This document shows positions 14,524 to 27,420 of a stretch of 64,000 bases of DNA, one piece after another; position 1 is the stretch's first letter; each line of letters opens with the position of its first letter. The DNA is taken from assembly GCA_964016885.1 (NCBI GenBank), contig OZ024740.1:364250001-364314000 (forward strand), given 5' to 3'. Made by a program: the position numbers and the translations under genes. The notes under the pieces were generated by a model, which saw nothing but the letters and a program-made list of their open reading frames with translations, was not told the origin of the DNA and made no database searches. Source of the DNA: Eledone cirrhosa (taxonomy: Eukaryota).

Positions 14524-14872
14524 TTAAATGTAATTATCTCTATCGATCTAACATTAGCTAATTTCTTAAACATTACTTGAAATATTAACTCTTAACATTT
14601 TGTAATGATTTAGCAGAAATATTTTAAAATATTTATTCATTCAATTGTTTATAGTATCCTTACTAGTGGACAGATCATTGCTGTACTGAAGTAAAGACTT
14701 TAATTTTTAAGTAATACAGTTATATGGCTGTTTTGAAATTTTCAAGAATGTTTTGCTTATGTGGTTTCATATGGTACAGTATGTTAAAAGGTAAGACAAG
14801 TGAGCATTACTCCTATAGGAAACCTAATCAGAGGACAGCATATATCCTAAAGAATTTCAGTTGCATCCAAGT

Positions 14873-15130
14873 GGCCTTGTGGTAAGGTTGCTGGACTTAC
14901 GATCATGATGTCGTGGGTTTGATTCCTGGGCTGGGTTGTGTGTTGTGTTCTTGAGCAAAACACTTCATTTTACCTTGCTCCAGTATACTCAGCAGAAAAT
15001 GAGTACCTGCAATAACTGCAATGGACTGGCATCCTGTCCAGGAGGGAATCTTGTACTCTCAGTCACTTCATGCCATGGAACCAGGATAAACATTGACCTA
15101 ACGAGCCTTAAATGGCTTAAGACAAACTTA
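14873..15130 (+). mobile_element. CORE-type tRNA-derived SINE
   Basis: tggccttgtggtaagg...ggtttgattcc...gtgttcttgagcaaaacacttcatt. Confidence 0.7.
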
Positions 15131-16528
15131 GTAAGCATAAGCAGAAGAATCTTCTATCTATTCATCTATCCTCATATAAAGACATTTTCAACAGAGGAAC
15201 ACCACCATCATAACAAAGCTCCAGCCAGAAGTGGTTTCAGAGGAAAGTTAGCCTAGACAGAGAGTAATCCACCCACCATGAACTTGTGGAGAACCAAGAA
15301 TCAGAAAGTAACCTGTTTCTATCCACCTTGTAATTAGAATGGAACTATAAATGTTAGGAATTTTCCATTTCTAGCAAGGCACCACTTTTCAACTACTTTC
15401 AGGTTTCAAATAATCTCCCCACCTGCTTGTTAATTTTTTAGATGGGTTAGGATCTCAATATGTAAACTAAATGACTAGTTCTGGTTTAAAAAAAAAAATC
15501 AACAGACAACCAAGAAAAACGACTGATTTCCCCCCACCTGCTTACACCCCCCCCCTATTATTTGGGGCCCAAGAGTACATATAAATACCACAAACTTTTC
15601 ACTGCTTGTAAATGTAAGTTCTAGCTACACTTCTAATATTATATACTACAACTAAAAACATACCTGCATAGCTTTCATCCCTGCTATTGACAAATTTGAA
15701 GATACACGTCTTATGGGGAAATGTTGCCTCTCCAAGGCCAGGACCTACATATTGACTTAATCAACATCCACAATCCTTTATGTCGATGGACAGGATAAAT
15801 TCCCATTGCCTGTCTTGTTTCATTTGAAAGTTGAGAGACCAAGAACATGACTGCCCTACTCCAGCCTGGAATAGTGTTCATATGGCTCCTCCATATTCCA
15901 GGTTTCCTCAACAAAAAATCTGAAGTGAGTCCCAATTGTAATCACAACCAACTGTTTGCTTTTGGTCACTTCCAGCCAACTGATTTGGAAAATAATGTCA
16001 GGGAGAATCAAGGATTCACCTCCCTTGTTATCAAAAGTTAACTTCCACTAAACTGCTTCCCCTGTCTTCATAATCTAGCATTGTCTGGCTGTCATCTACA
16101 AGTCATCACTGATTTTCATTATGTGACCCAGAACATCCAATTAGAAACTAGCCCCCTAGCAACCAATCAGAAAACACCTTACAAGCCACATGCAGCTAAA
16201 GACTCATAACCAATCAGGAAACACCTTACAAGCCAAATGCAGCTAAAGCTTCATTTATCATGGACACCTGATTGATTGAACACATGCTTACATGCCTATT
16301 TATGTGTATGTATTTGCATGTGTATATAATCATTATCATCGTCATCATTTAACGTCTGATTTTCTTGCTAGCGAAGATTGAGCGAGGGTTGTATAATATA
16401 ATATAATATGAACAAATGTATATATTTAAGTGGATTTCTTTTTACTTTCTAACAATAAATCACACACATGCACATATACTCATGCACACACACACACACA
16501 TTCAAACGTATACAGACACACACATGTA

Positions 16529-16561
<33 letters not shown>

Positions 16562-17129
16562 CAATGGATGTTTTATGTATACATATATTATCACATTTAT
16601 ATATTTATATATATATTCGAATGAATAAACCTGTATACACAGATTTATTTACAACTTTCTTTTTTATTTGTATTTTATTTTTTACTGAATATATTTCCTC
16701 TATATAATATGAATTGATTTTAAAGAGAGACAGAGGGAAACACATGCCTTAAAAAAGCACAACACATATTCCTCCTGCTGCTGTTTAGAAGAGTTGATCA
16801 GAACTTCTGAATCCAGTCATCTTTGAAACGATCTGAATATTATTTTCCAATGTAATATAAAATGCACTCAATACACACTGCAAAGTGTTAGCACCAGTGC
16901 CATAATAGAAAGTAAAGTGGTAGAACTGATACAATGCTACCAGTAAATGCTATAAAGTTGTTGGCAGAAGGGCATCAAGCCATAGAAACCATGCTAAACT
17001 GAAACATATGAGCAAGATGTGATCATTTGGTCTAAATAGCTGCAGGACATGACAACTCCAACCCATGCTTGTACGGAATCTGGACATAAAATTATGAATA
17101 TCATCATTCCCATCACGAAACCTCAGTGA

Positions 17130-17705
17130 TTTTACAGCTTGAATATTCCTCAATTGTGTACAAGAATTGTAGGAGTTAGTGAAGTAATGCGCCAGCTTCA
17201 GCATTCAGTAATCAGAAGAAGGGAGGTAGGTGTAAAAGCCAAACTCGCTATCTTCAATTCGGTTTTCGTGCCAACCTTTACCTATGATCATGAATCTTGG
17301 GTAATGACTGAAAGAATACAATTGCGAATACAAGCAGCTGAAATGGCTTTCCTCCAAAGGGTCTTTGGAGTAATGATACTCGATAAAGTATGTAGTTTGG
17401 AGATCAGAGAGTCACTCCAGGTAGAGCTGCTACTTCTCTGAATTGAAAGATCACAGCTCCGATATTATGGGCATGTGTTTAGAATGTCTCAGGAAAGAAT
17501 CGCTGGACAAATTTCACGGGCAAAAGATCCAGGGGTAGACCCCAAGCAAGATGGTTGGATAACAACCATGAGTTTGGCTGGTCACAATTTGGGATCCAGC
17601 TGGATCAATTGGAAACAGTTGTTTCTGACAGGACCCACTGAAGGGAGTATTTGATGACTCTGTCCCCACAACCGTCACAGGAATAAGTGGGCAAAGAAGA
17701 AGAAT
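17130..17705 (+). mobile_element. Old RTE-like LINE 3' fragment (different family, GAA tail)
   Basis: ORF 17139..17441 VFVPTFTYDHESWVMTERIQLRIQAAEMAFLQR, downstream YYGHVFRM-like sequence and gaagaagaa tail. Confidence 0.75.
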
Positions 17706-18196
17706 ACTCCTCAATGTGTTATTGAAATTCCTCCTTGTTTGCTGGAAATGATGCTTTCAATCTGTCAGATTAAGGATGCAGTGGGCTCACTGAGCTGTAG
17801 GCTGGGCCTCACAATATTTAACCCATATTCTAGGATTTTGTACTGGGTGTGTTTTATTGTGGCATCAGCACTACCACTGTAGAGTGTACTAAGTACATTT
17901 TTTATATTGCACCAACTATCAAGAGGTTATCAAGTCCTCGAAAGACTAAGAGGTTGTCATCAGGAACCTACATAGCTACCCACCTTTCTCTGATAAACAC
18001 TTTTTTTTTCAATCTTCCAATCTCCTTTCTTCTAACTTTACTCATCCTGATGAAATAGTAATGTCCGATACGTTGAGAAATTCCTATTTTTAGCGGCATG
18101 AGTATGAGACACGCTAGGCACTGCAACATGTACTTTTATATCAACACATAGTACAGTGTTCTTAGATCTTTTGAAGTGAAAGATACAAATTTCCTG

Positions 18197-18276
18197 GATA
18201 CCCGCAGAACAGTACAGGAATGGTGGCTTTCACTTAATAATACTTGCGAAATAGATTTTAGATCTGTCCGGGTATC
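18197..18276 (+). ncRNA. Degenerate hammerhead (core CAGAACA) in a paralogue of the 18735 unit
   Basis: gatacccg/cgggtatc stem I and GAAA-tagat/atctg-TC intact; catalytic core mutated. Confidence 0.5.
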
Positions 18277-18496
18277 GAAGGCAGTTACCCAATATAGGTT
18301 TGTTATTTTTATTGATTTATTACTTTAAATCGAGACAGGCAAACCATATTGTTTTAAATTAGTATTTTTACAACCTAGCTAACTTGGTCATTTGCAATTC
18401 GAACACATGTATACTTGTATAGGTGTTCATCCTTCTCATATATTCAATTGTATATATTCATATATATATATATGTATATATATATATGTATATATA

Positions 18497-18558
<62 letters not shown>

Positions 18559-18734
18559 AAAGGTATATATTGAGTTAGGAACTCAAAATATTCAGCTCCA
18601 TTAATTTGTTGAGCTATTTCAAATGTAGAAATAACCTGGCTGCTATTTTTAGTGGTGTGAGTTTGTGAGACACACTAAGATACCATGTGTGCTAATATAT
18701 ATGGCATACTTAGAAGTGTCGAGGATACTAATTC

Positions 18735-18812
18735 ATCACCCACTGATGAGCTTGAATTGGTAATTGTATTGACAATTAACATTGCGAAACAACATCAAGT
18801 TGTCTGGGTGAT
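18735..18812 (+). ncRNA. Canonical type I hammerhead ribozyme
   Basis: atcaccca-CTGATGA-gc...gc-GAAA-caac/atcaa/gttg-TC-tgggtgat; perfect 8-bp stem I; predicted cut after 18804. Confidence 0.9.
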
Positions 18813-19014
18813 TGGTGGTTACCACAATTCTGGTTTGTATTTATTTTCTTGATTTTTTTCTTAAATTGAGACAAGCGAACCCATTGTCTATAATTAGTAT
18901 TCTTTTCAGCTAGGCGAATCTGGTCCCTTAAAATTTTAACACATATATGTATATATCAGTGTTCATTTTTCTTTTATATTCTATTATAATTATATATATA
19001 TATATATATATATA

Positions 19015-20135
19015 TCATCATCATCATCATCATCACCGTTTTACGTCCGTTCTTCCACGGGTTGTACTGTTGTGTGCAGTGTCTGGTCGGCTGACCATGC
19101 CTTGCACATACAGGAACTGATTTGGCTTGATTTCTACAGCTGGATGCCCTTCCTAACACCAACCTCATTTACAGTCAGTGCTGGGTGCTTTTTCGTGGCG
19201 CCTACACGTCCTCTTTACAGTGTGGGCTGGGTGCTTTTTTGCCGTGGCACCTCCACGACCACCTTGCGGTGGGGGGTGTGGGGGCATATTGTCTATATGC
19301 TTCAGCTTGTACCCATGGGAGGTCGGGTACTCTGTATTACTGCATGGCGCAAGAGGTCACGGTCATGTGTCATTGCCTTTGAGAGGTGTAATTGGGTAAG
19401 GTCGGCTTTTATCACCTCATCCCAGGTCATCTTGGGTCTCCCCACTCTGCGGTTTCCATCAACTTCTAGTGCTCTGCACCTTTTTATGCAGCTGTCATCC
19501 TTCATACGCATCACATGTCCATACCAGCGCAACCGCCTCTCCTGCACACAGCATTTGATTCCTGTTATGCTCAGTCTCTCTCTCAATTCATTTATGCTTT
19601 GTCGTTCACGTATATTACTGTTACACATCCATCGGAGCATGCAGGCTTCGTTTCTCTCTAATCTACGTAAGTCTTCCACCTTCAGCGCCCAGGTCTCACT
19701 ACCATACAACATTGCTGTTTGGATACACGCATCATACAGTCTGCCTTTCATTCTGAGGGAGAAGCCTTTTGCAGCTAGCAGTGGTAGTAGTTCCCTAAAC
19801 TTCTTCCATCCCGTTCTTACCCTAGTTATTGTACTTTCTGAACACCCACCTCCGCTGCTAATTCGGTCACCTAGGGAGCAGAAGCTGTCTACTGTTTCTA
19901 CAGAGCCCTCCCAGAGATTGGTGGTACTTGTTTCCTATGGCTGCTTGCTGCTTGCTGCTTGCTGTCTCAGCACAGCTGCTGCATGTGAAGCCTACATTCT
20001 TAATTAAGCTTCCTGAGATCCCGCTACATCTCTTGTGTACCCATTGTTTGCATTTGGGGCAGAGAATGGAGTTCCTACCTACACCTTTCCTACATACTGA
20101 GCAAGGCCATTTCCCTGAGGGGATCTGTGTTCTGT
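19015..20135 (-). mobile_element. RTE LINE, second subfamily, 5'-truncated
   Basis: ORF 19302..19751 (LYGSETW, RRLRWYGHVMRM); PHD-coding region near 20000-20110; (CAT)n tail; TA on both sides. Confidence 0.9.
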
Positions 20136-20231
20136 TTTATATATATATATATATTCATATATATATATATTCATATATATATATATATTCATATATATAT
20201 ATATATATTCATATATATATATATTCATATA

Positions 20232-20264
<33 letters not shown>

Positions 20265-20279
20265 TCATATATATATATA

Positions 20280-20333
<54 letters not shown>

Positions 20334-20343
20334 TATATATATA

Positions 20344-20413
<70 letters not shown>

Positions 20414-20478
20414 TATATATATATTCATATATATATTCATAATATAAGATCAAAAGATGGTTAAAGGAGTTCCATGTA

Positions 20479-20545
20479 TTTTATTATGCTCATTTCAAAA
20501 ACAAACATCATCATGCAATAATATTTGTGTTTTCATCAGATAAAA
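20479..20545 (-). ncRNA. Type I hammerhead ribozyme (same family as 45564)
   Basis: minus strand ttttat-CTGATGA-long helix II-GAAA-tgagca-TA-ataaaa. Confidence 0.8.
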
Positions 20546-20715
20546 CAGGAGAACATGATATGAAAGCTAAAAAACACTTGTGGATAGTGCAGTTTTAAAT
20601 CTACATATGATCTTATATTATGCATACTCCAGTCCTACAAACTGTAGAGTGCTTCTTATCCGATATCTGCATTGCTTTATTGTACTACAATAAAACTCAC
20701 CTCCTACATTATATA

Positions 20716-20750
<35 letters not shown>

Positions 20751-21012
20751 AGGAAAAATGAAACGAAATTTCATTTCCCACTCTTAGTACGGCTGTTACT
20801 TAAATATAAGTATGTACACGTACATACATATATGTATACAGACGTACAGTAGTATGTATATGTATATACATACATGCACACATATATATATGTACGTGTG
20901 GATTCACCGAACATTTATTATAATGCTCTGTGTGTTTGTAAACAAACATCCCGTATTAAGCCGTAGTGTCCAGCAACCATCGTTGCTCGTTTGTTCAACA
21001 CTGACAAAGGAA

Positions 21013-21053
21013 CGCTGTACTAGTTTCAAGCTTATTAGCTATCATCAGCAACG
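21013..21053 (-). ncRNA. Minimal type I hammerhead ribozyme
   Basis: cgttg-CTGATGA-tagctaataagctt-GAAA-ctag-TA-cagcg. Confidence 0.85.
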
Positions 21054-21085
21054 TATACCTTCCTGCCAGATTGCAGGAAGGTATA

Positions 21086-21126
21086 CGTTGCTGATGATAG
21101 CTAATAAGCTTGAAACTAATACAGCG
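21086..21126 (+). ncRNA. Minimal type I hammerhead ribozyme (mirror copy)
   Basis: cgttg-CTGATGA-tagctaataagctt-GAAA-ctaa-TA-cagcg. Confidence 0.78.
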
Positions 21127-21330
21127 TTCCTTTGTCAGTGTTGAACAAACGAGCAACGATGGTTGCTGGACACTACGGCTTAATACGGGATGTTTGTTTA
21201 CAAACACACAGAGCATTATAATAAATGTTCGGTGAATCCATACGTACATATATATATGTGTGCATGTATGTATATACATATACATACTACTGTACGTCTG
21301 TATACATATATGTATGTACGCGTACATAGT

Positions 21331-21538
<208 letters not shown>

Positions 21539-21564
21539 TATATATATATATATATATTTATATA

Positions 21565-21851
<287 letters not shown>

Positions 21852-21860
21852 ATATATATT

Positions 21861-21961
<101 letters not shown>

Positions 21962-21990
21962 GTATATATATATATTCATATATATATATA

Positions 21991-23645
21991 TCATCAACAT
22001 CATTATCGTCATCGTTTAACGTCCATATTCCACGCTTGCATGGGTTTGGACGGGAGTTTTCCCACTTGAGGCAAGAGTGGTTGTCTTGCTCACATAGGAC
22101 TGTCAGCGGGTTTTCTACGGTTGGATGCCCTTCCTAACACCAACCACATTTACAGTGTGGAACTGGGAAGTTTTTACCATGTTACCTACAAGGCCACATT
22201 ACAGCGTGGACTGTGTGTTTTTTTGTCGTGACACCTACACGACCTCATTTGTTTCGGCCTGGATTTTGTGGTACCAACATAACTTTACATTAAAAGGGGT
22301 GCGGGTAGTGGGACGGGGTTGTATTTTGTTAGAGGTGCCTACTGACCATAGTAGGTTTTACTTTGTATTTAGGTAAGGCGGGTCTTCTCTATTACTGAGT
22401 ACCGCCAAAGATCTCGGTCCATGACATTGTCTTGGAGAGGTGTAAGTGTGTGAGGTCGGAATTTATCAAGTCGTCCCAGGTTTTTCTGGGTCTGCCTACT
22501 CCGTGGCTACCGTCTATTTTTATTGCTCTGCACTTTTTTTACACAGCTGTCGTCTTTCATGCGCATCACGTGACCATACCAACGTAGCCTTCTCTCGAGT
22601 AAACAACATCTGATCCCTCTTATTTCTAATTTTTCCTTAGTTCCTTTATGCTTTGCCGTTCACGTACATTACTATTACACATCCAGCGGAGCATGCAAGC
22701 TTCTTTCCTCTCTAGTCTGCGTATATCCTCTGCACACAATGCCCAGGTCTCACTGCCATGCAACATTGCTGTTCGTATGCAGGCATCATACAACCCGCCT
22801 TTCATTTTTAGGGAGAACCCTTTAGCGGCTAATAGTGGTATAAGCTCTTTGAACTTTTTCCATCCAGTTCTGACGCTAGCTACTGTACTTTCAGAGCACC
22901 CTCCACCACTGCTGATTTGGTCACCCAGGTAACGGAAGCTGTCCACTATTAACATAGAATCCTCTGCACAATTGAAAGAGCTAGTATTTTGTGGGCACTT
23001 GCTGCTACTTATTGCACCAGAGCACCGGCCACATGTAAAATCTATGTTCTTAGTTAGCTTACCTGTGATCCCACTACATCTTTTATGCACCCATACTTTG
23101 CCTTTGGGACATAAAATGGAGTTTCTACCTACGCCTTTCCTACACACTGAGCATGGCCATTTCCCGGATGGGACCGGCGCCTTATTTTCTTTCCTACAAA
23201 CTAGAACTTTAGTCTTAGCCAGGTTAATTTTAAGGCCTTTTGATTCTAGGCCGTGCTTCCATGTTTGGAATTTCTTCTCTAGTTCGATCATTGATTCAGC
23301 TATGAGCGTTAGATCATCTGCATATAGGAGTTCCCATGGGCAGCCAGTCTTGAACTCCACTGTTATAGCCTGAAGGGCAATAATAAATAGTAGGGGGCTA
23401 AGAACAGAGCCCTGATGAACACCAACTTTTACGCTAAACTCTTCACTATATTCGTTGTTAATTCTGACCTTGCTGACTGTTTCTTTATACATAGCTTGTA
23501 TAGCTCTCACAAGCCATTCGTCAACACCTAGTTTTCTAAGAGCCCACCAGATAATGGAACAGGGGACTCTGTCGAGGCTTTCTCCAAGTCGACAAAAGCT
23601 AAGTATAGGGGTTTACTTTTAACTAGGTACTTCTCCTGTAGTATA
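21991..23645 (-). mobile_element. RTE LINE, 5'-truncated, frameshifted near the 3' end
   Basis: ORF 22626..23510 with GVHQGSVLSP, LLYADD, PHD insert; AFVDLEKA in ORF 23528..23791. Confidence 0.93.
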
Positions 23646-23724
23646 TTATATATATTCATATATATATATATATATTCATATATATATATATATTCATATA
23701 TATATATATATTCATATATATAGT

Positions 23725-26700
23725 ATTTACGTATCGAGAAAGAGAAAAAAAAAGGTGGGGGGGATAGGTGATACATATAGTTATTTGCCAAGTAGCGTAT
23801 GCCAAAGGTGCTCGATACTAGCGCCGGCAGTATTAAATATTCGAAGTGTTAATATTTAGTGGGCTAGAGAGTTAGCAGAGCGTAAGCACGTGGGAAAGTA
23901 AGAAATCGGAGAATAGACCGTTAAAACATGTTTATTTAAAATATCATCTACGTACGTTTCGCCCAGTTAGGCTTCTCAAGGGCATAAATAGTCACAAGTG
24001 TTCCTTATATTGCTCGGAAAGAGTTTTGGGGTTAAATCCACATCAAGGTTCATTGCTCGCAAAAATATCTTGTTTTGATTTTGCAGCAGGTCAAGGGAGG
24101 TAACTCTGGCCGGTGTTAGGGCAGTCTTTCCCGGACAATTTTTTTTTTTTTTTTTTTTTTGCCGCATCCGTTTGTCTGGGGTGGGTCTGGTATGCAAGGA
24201 TTGTTTCCTGGGTGTTATTTTGCAGCGCCTGCCCGCCGGGGTGTTAAGACTTGTTGCAGGGAGATCCAGTGTACTATTTCACTCTTCATCCTTAACCCAT
24301 CTGAAGAAGGAAATTTTTAAGCGATGTGTACAACTTATCGCTGTTTCAGCTCTGCTGTTGATGAGCTCGTGGGGTGCAGTTATGATGTGGTAGAGCTCCA
24401 TGAAGCAAAGATCGCATTTCCTCTTGAAGTTGTACGGTGCAGCTCTGCCGACAATCTCTCAGTGCGTGGAGAAGCTGATGTTTAAGTCCTTTAGTGATGT
24501 GATGTAGTCCGCGAGCGAAGTGGAGTGCCTTAGTTTTCTATTTGTGAAAGAGTGGAGATGTGTTCGAAACCTAATTTTGAACGGGCCGGAGGTGGCCCTT
24601 ATATAATGTTTAACGCTATTGTGGCTAGTAATAGTGCATCTATATATAACCCTATCAGTCAAGCAGTGTCCTCTAAGGGGGCAGCGTCCTCTGTCGCGGC
24701 AGTTGCAATTTCTGTCGCGGTTCCGTCTATTTCCCACGGTAAGGCTAACATTGTTGCTGCCTACGTTGTTACCTACGAGAACGCAGCTGTCGTTAGCACA
24801 ATTACAACCCACAGCACGCGGGGTGGTGCGATTGTTATTCCGCACGTCATGTTTTGCATGTTCCCCAGTCATTTCGCGGTTATTCTGGTTGCGTCTGCGG
24901 ATGCCGTTGCCAACACTATTGGATGCTGCCAGGGAGTTGTTAAGGCCGATATAGTTATTGTCAGTTGTAGGTGCGTCTGTGTCGAGGTGCTGTGTCTTGG
25001 TGATCTTATTGTGGTTCGTTGTTCCTATGATGTCTGCTAGGTTAGGAGTAGTAGAGAAGGATATTTTTATATTGTTCCTATTAAGAATTTTTCTATACCT
25101 ATGGTTGGGCGGGAAGTTCCTCTCTAAGGCTTCGAAGAACATCCGGGGTATGTTGGAGGCCACACTCCGAGAGTAGGGGGGTGGAACCATAGGACGTTAC
25201 GGTGGCGATTACGTGTCCTTGTACTTTTGCTACGGGTGGTTCCATCTAAGTGACCGCTCTTATGTGTGTTAATGCGCAGTCGCCCGTTCGGTGCCTCTTT
25301 CACTTTATGCTCGGGTGCACTCTTTCTACCTCTTCCATGTTTATGTACACGAAGATGTTGGTTGGAAGGCGTTGGTAGTAGGCCGTCGCCTTTGTTGGTT
25401 TTGTAATAGGGGAATAGTTTGAGTAATCTACAGTGTTCACCGTCGCCGGGGACGTGATCTTTGGTGCGGTTATCTATTCTATTATATCCGACTTCAATGA
25501 GGTCGCCGCGTGATCGGTTATAGGTATGGCTTACTATAACGTTAGTTTTATGAGGGGGTGGTTTCTAGAGCTAGCGTTAGGGATGTAGGAAATTCCTCGG
25601 TTAAAGCCGGCGCTTATCAGGGCCCTATTGTAGTAATCAGCCGCTTGGTTGAAGATATCCTAATTGGCGGATAGCCTCGAGATTCTATGTGAGATACTAT
25701 AGACTATGGAGTTGAGAGTCTGCTTAGGGTGGTTGGAGGCATAATTAATATAAGAGAGGCACTCTCCAGGCTTATGGTATGGCTTGTATAAGCCCTTACT
25801 CAACTCCAGGGTCACGTCCAGGAAGTTGACAACCCTGTGGTTGATGTCCATAGTTACGGATAGGCCGTATGACTTAAAGAACCTGTATATATGTTTGTTA
25901 AGGTTCTCTATCCTACGGGGGCTATGGTTCCTAACGGTAAACAGGGCGTCGTCCCTATATACACCTCCTTATAGGGCCGGTATTTCTTCCCTAAGCTTAT
26001 GTAGGTGGTATATCCCGACCAGGTCAGTTGCTTGCGCTGAGTCACTGGACCCCATCGTGACATCGAAGTTATCAGGACGGTTGGTTCTGGTCCAGTGGGA
26101 GCCTTCGAACTGGATAATGGTTCTACGTGCCGCTAGAATTATGTCTATTTCTTTTTTAGTGAGGCTAGTGTTAGATCTAGCTAAGATAAGTGCCTTATTT
26201 AAGAGTATGGGGGAGATAGAGGCGTAGTAGCTATCTATATCAAACTGGATGAATTTCAGGGTGGCTTTATCCGGCAACTCGGTGAACCAATTTATGACCT
26301 GGTCGGTGTTGCCCCAGAGGCAGACCTTAGCCTTTCTATTAAGCCCGAGTAGTACTCTGTCGAGGATCACTTTACTAATCTTACCTATATCTGATGTAGA
26401 GGGGCATATAAGTCTAATAGAGGGGCTTTCATTAAAGTCATATTTGTGATCCTTAAGAGAGAATTTAGGCGTCAGAGGGACGTACGGGTTAGTGTACTTT
26501 TCTATTTCTAAGCTGGTGACTATATCCTTCCCTACTCTATTTATGTCATTTAGGGTACTAGAGGGTGTCTTTTTGTAGTCTTTGTGTAGTTCCTTATAGA
26601 TGAATTTTTTATACTCAATCGCGTCCATCTTGTACAGCTTTTTGGTTTTGTCGGAGGTGACGAAGAGGTGCGGGTCATTCTTGATCTTAGTTATTAGTGT

Positions 26701-26730
26701 ATCAAGGGACGTTAAGAATGGATTGCTGCA
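23725..26730 (-). mobile_element. Penelope-like element, decayed (RT + CxC linker + GIY-YIG, several in-frame stops)
   Basis: SDKT, QFDIDSYY, FDVTMGSSDSAQATDLVG, (stop)GGVYRDD, NFLDVTL, CNCRDRGRCPLRGHC, VIY..YIRAT..FKIRFRTH, then (stop)EIV..CDLCFME..CTHR to about 24280. Confidence 0.92.
23943..23985 (-). ncRNA. Hammerhead core (UUGAGAA, U3-A8 variant) in the PLE 3' end; stem I decayed
   Basis: TTGAGAA-gcct/aact/gggc-GAAA-cgtacg-TA. Confidence 0.65.
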
Positions 26731-27326
26731 TTCATATATATATATTCATAAATATATATATATTCATATATATATTCATATATATATTCATATATATATA
26801 TAGTCATATATATATATATATATAGTCATATATATATATATATATATATATATAGTCATATATATATATATATATATAGTCATATATATATATATATATA
26901 TATTCATATGTATATATATTCATATATATATATATATTCATATATATATATTCATATATATATATATATTCATATATATATATATATTCATATATATATA
27001 TCTATTCATATATAGAAATATATATATTCATATATATATATATATTCATATATATATATATTCATATATATATATATATATTCATATATATATATATATA
27101 TATTCATATATATATATATATTCATATATATATATCTATTCATATATATATATATATATTCATATATATATATATATTCATATATATATAGTCATATATA
27201 TATGTATATTCATATATATATATATATATATATAACGAAGGAAATGTGGTAAGGAACCAGGTGGACCATAACGCACCAAAGTACTCAATACTTGAGGTAG
27301 TAGAGTGGGTAATAGGAACCAGTAAG

Positions 27327-27420
27327 ACCCCGACAGCTGAGCTTAAGCCGTTTCGACGGCTAATTCTGGACTAAATGAAAATTTATCCTGGTATTTAAAT
27401 AGCCGATCTTCTCAAGGGGT
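27327..27420 (-). ncRNA. Type I hammerhead ribozyme, U3-A8 core variant
   Basis: acccc-TTGAGAA-gatcggcta...tagccgtc-GAAA-cggct/taagctc/agctg-TC-ggggt. Confidence 0.82.

Larger units (their letters stand above)
20811..21328. repeat. ~520-bp near-perfect palindrome of a hammerhead-bearing non-coding unit
   Basis: Mirror ORFs 20812..21144(+) and 20995..21327(-); centre cttcctgc-cagatt-gcaggaag. Confidence 0.95.

Noticed and set aside
11990-15750. Possible minus-strand host exons (about 12014-12105 LMAVFASSVNDLIMNQVVLSYKDIPTPIHP; about 15664-15744 with AG/GT ends)
   Set aside because: Short, no recognisable protein similarity and only weak splice signals; needs RNA-seq
24459-24461. In-frame TGA in the PLE endonuclease as possible selenocysteine (as in some Naiad PLEs)
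   Set aside because: It aligns with the Trp of STAWNIV in the open copy; the sister copy has TAG at the same Trp (33340) and this element has other stops, so these are ordinary TGG nonsense mutations
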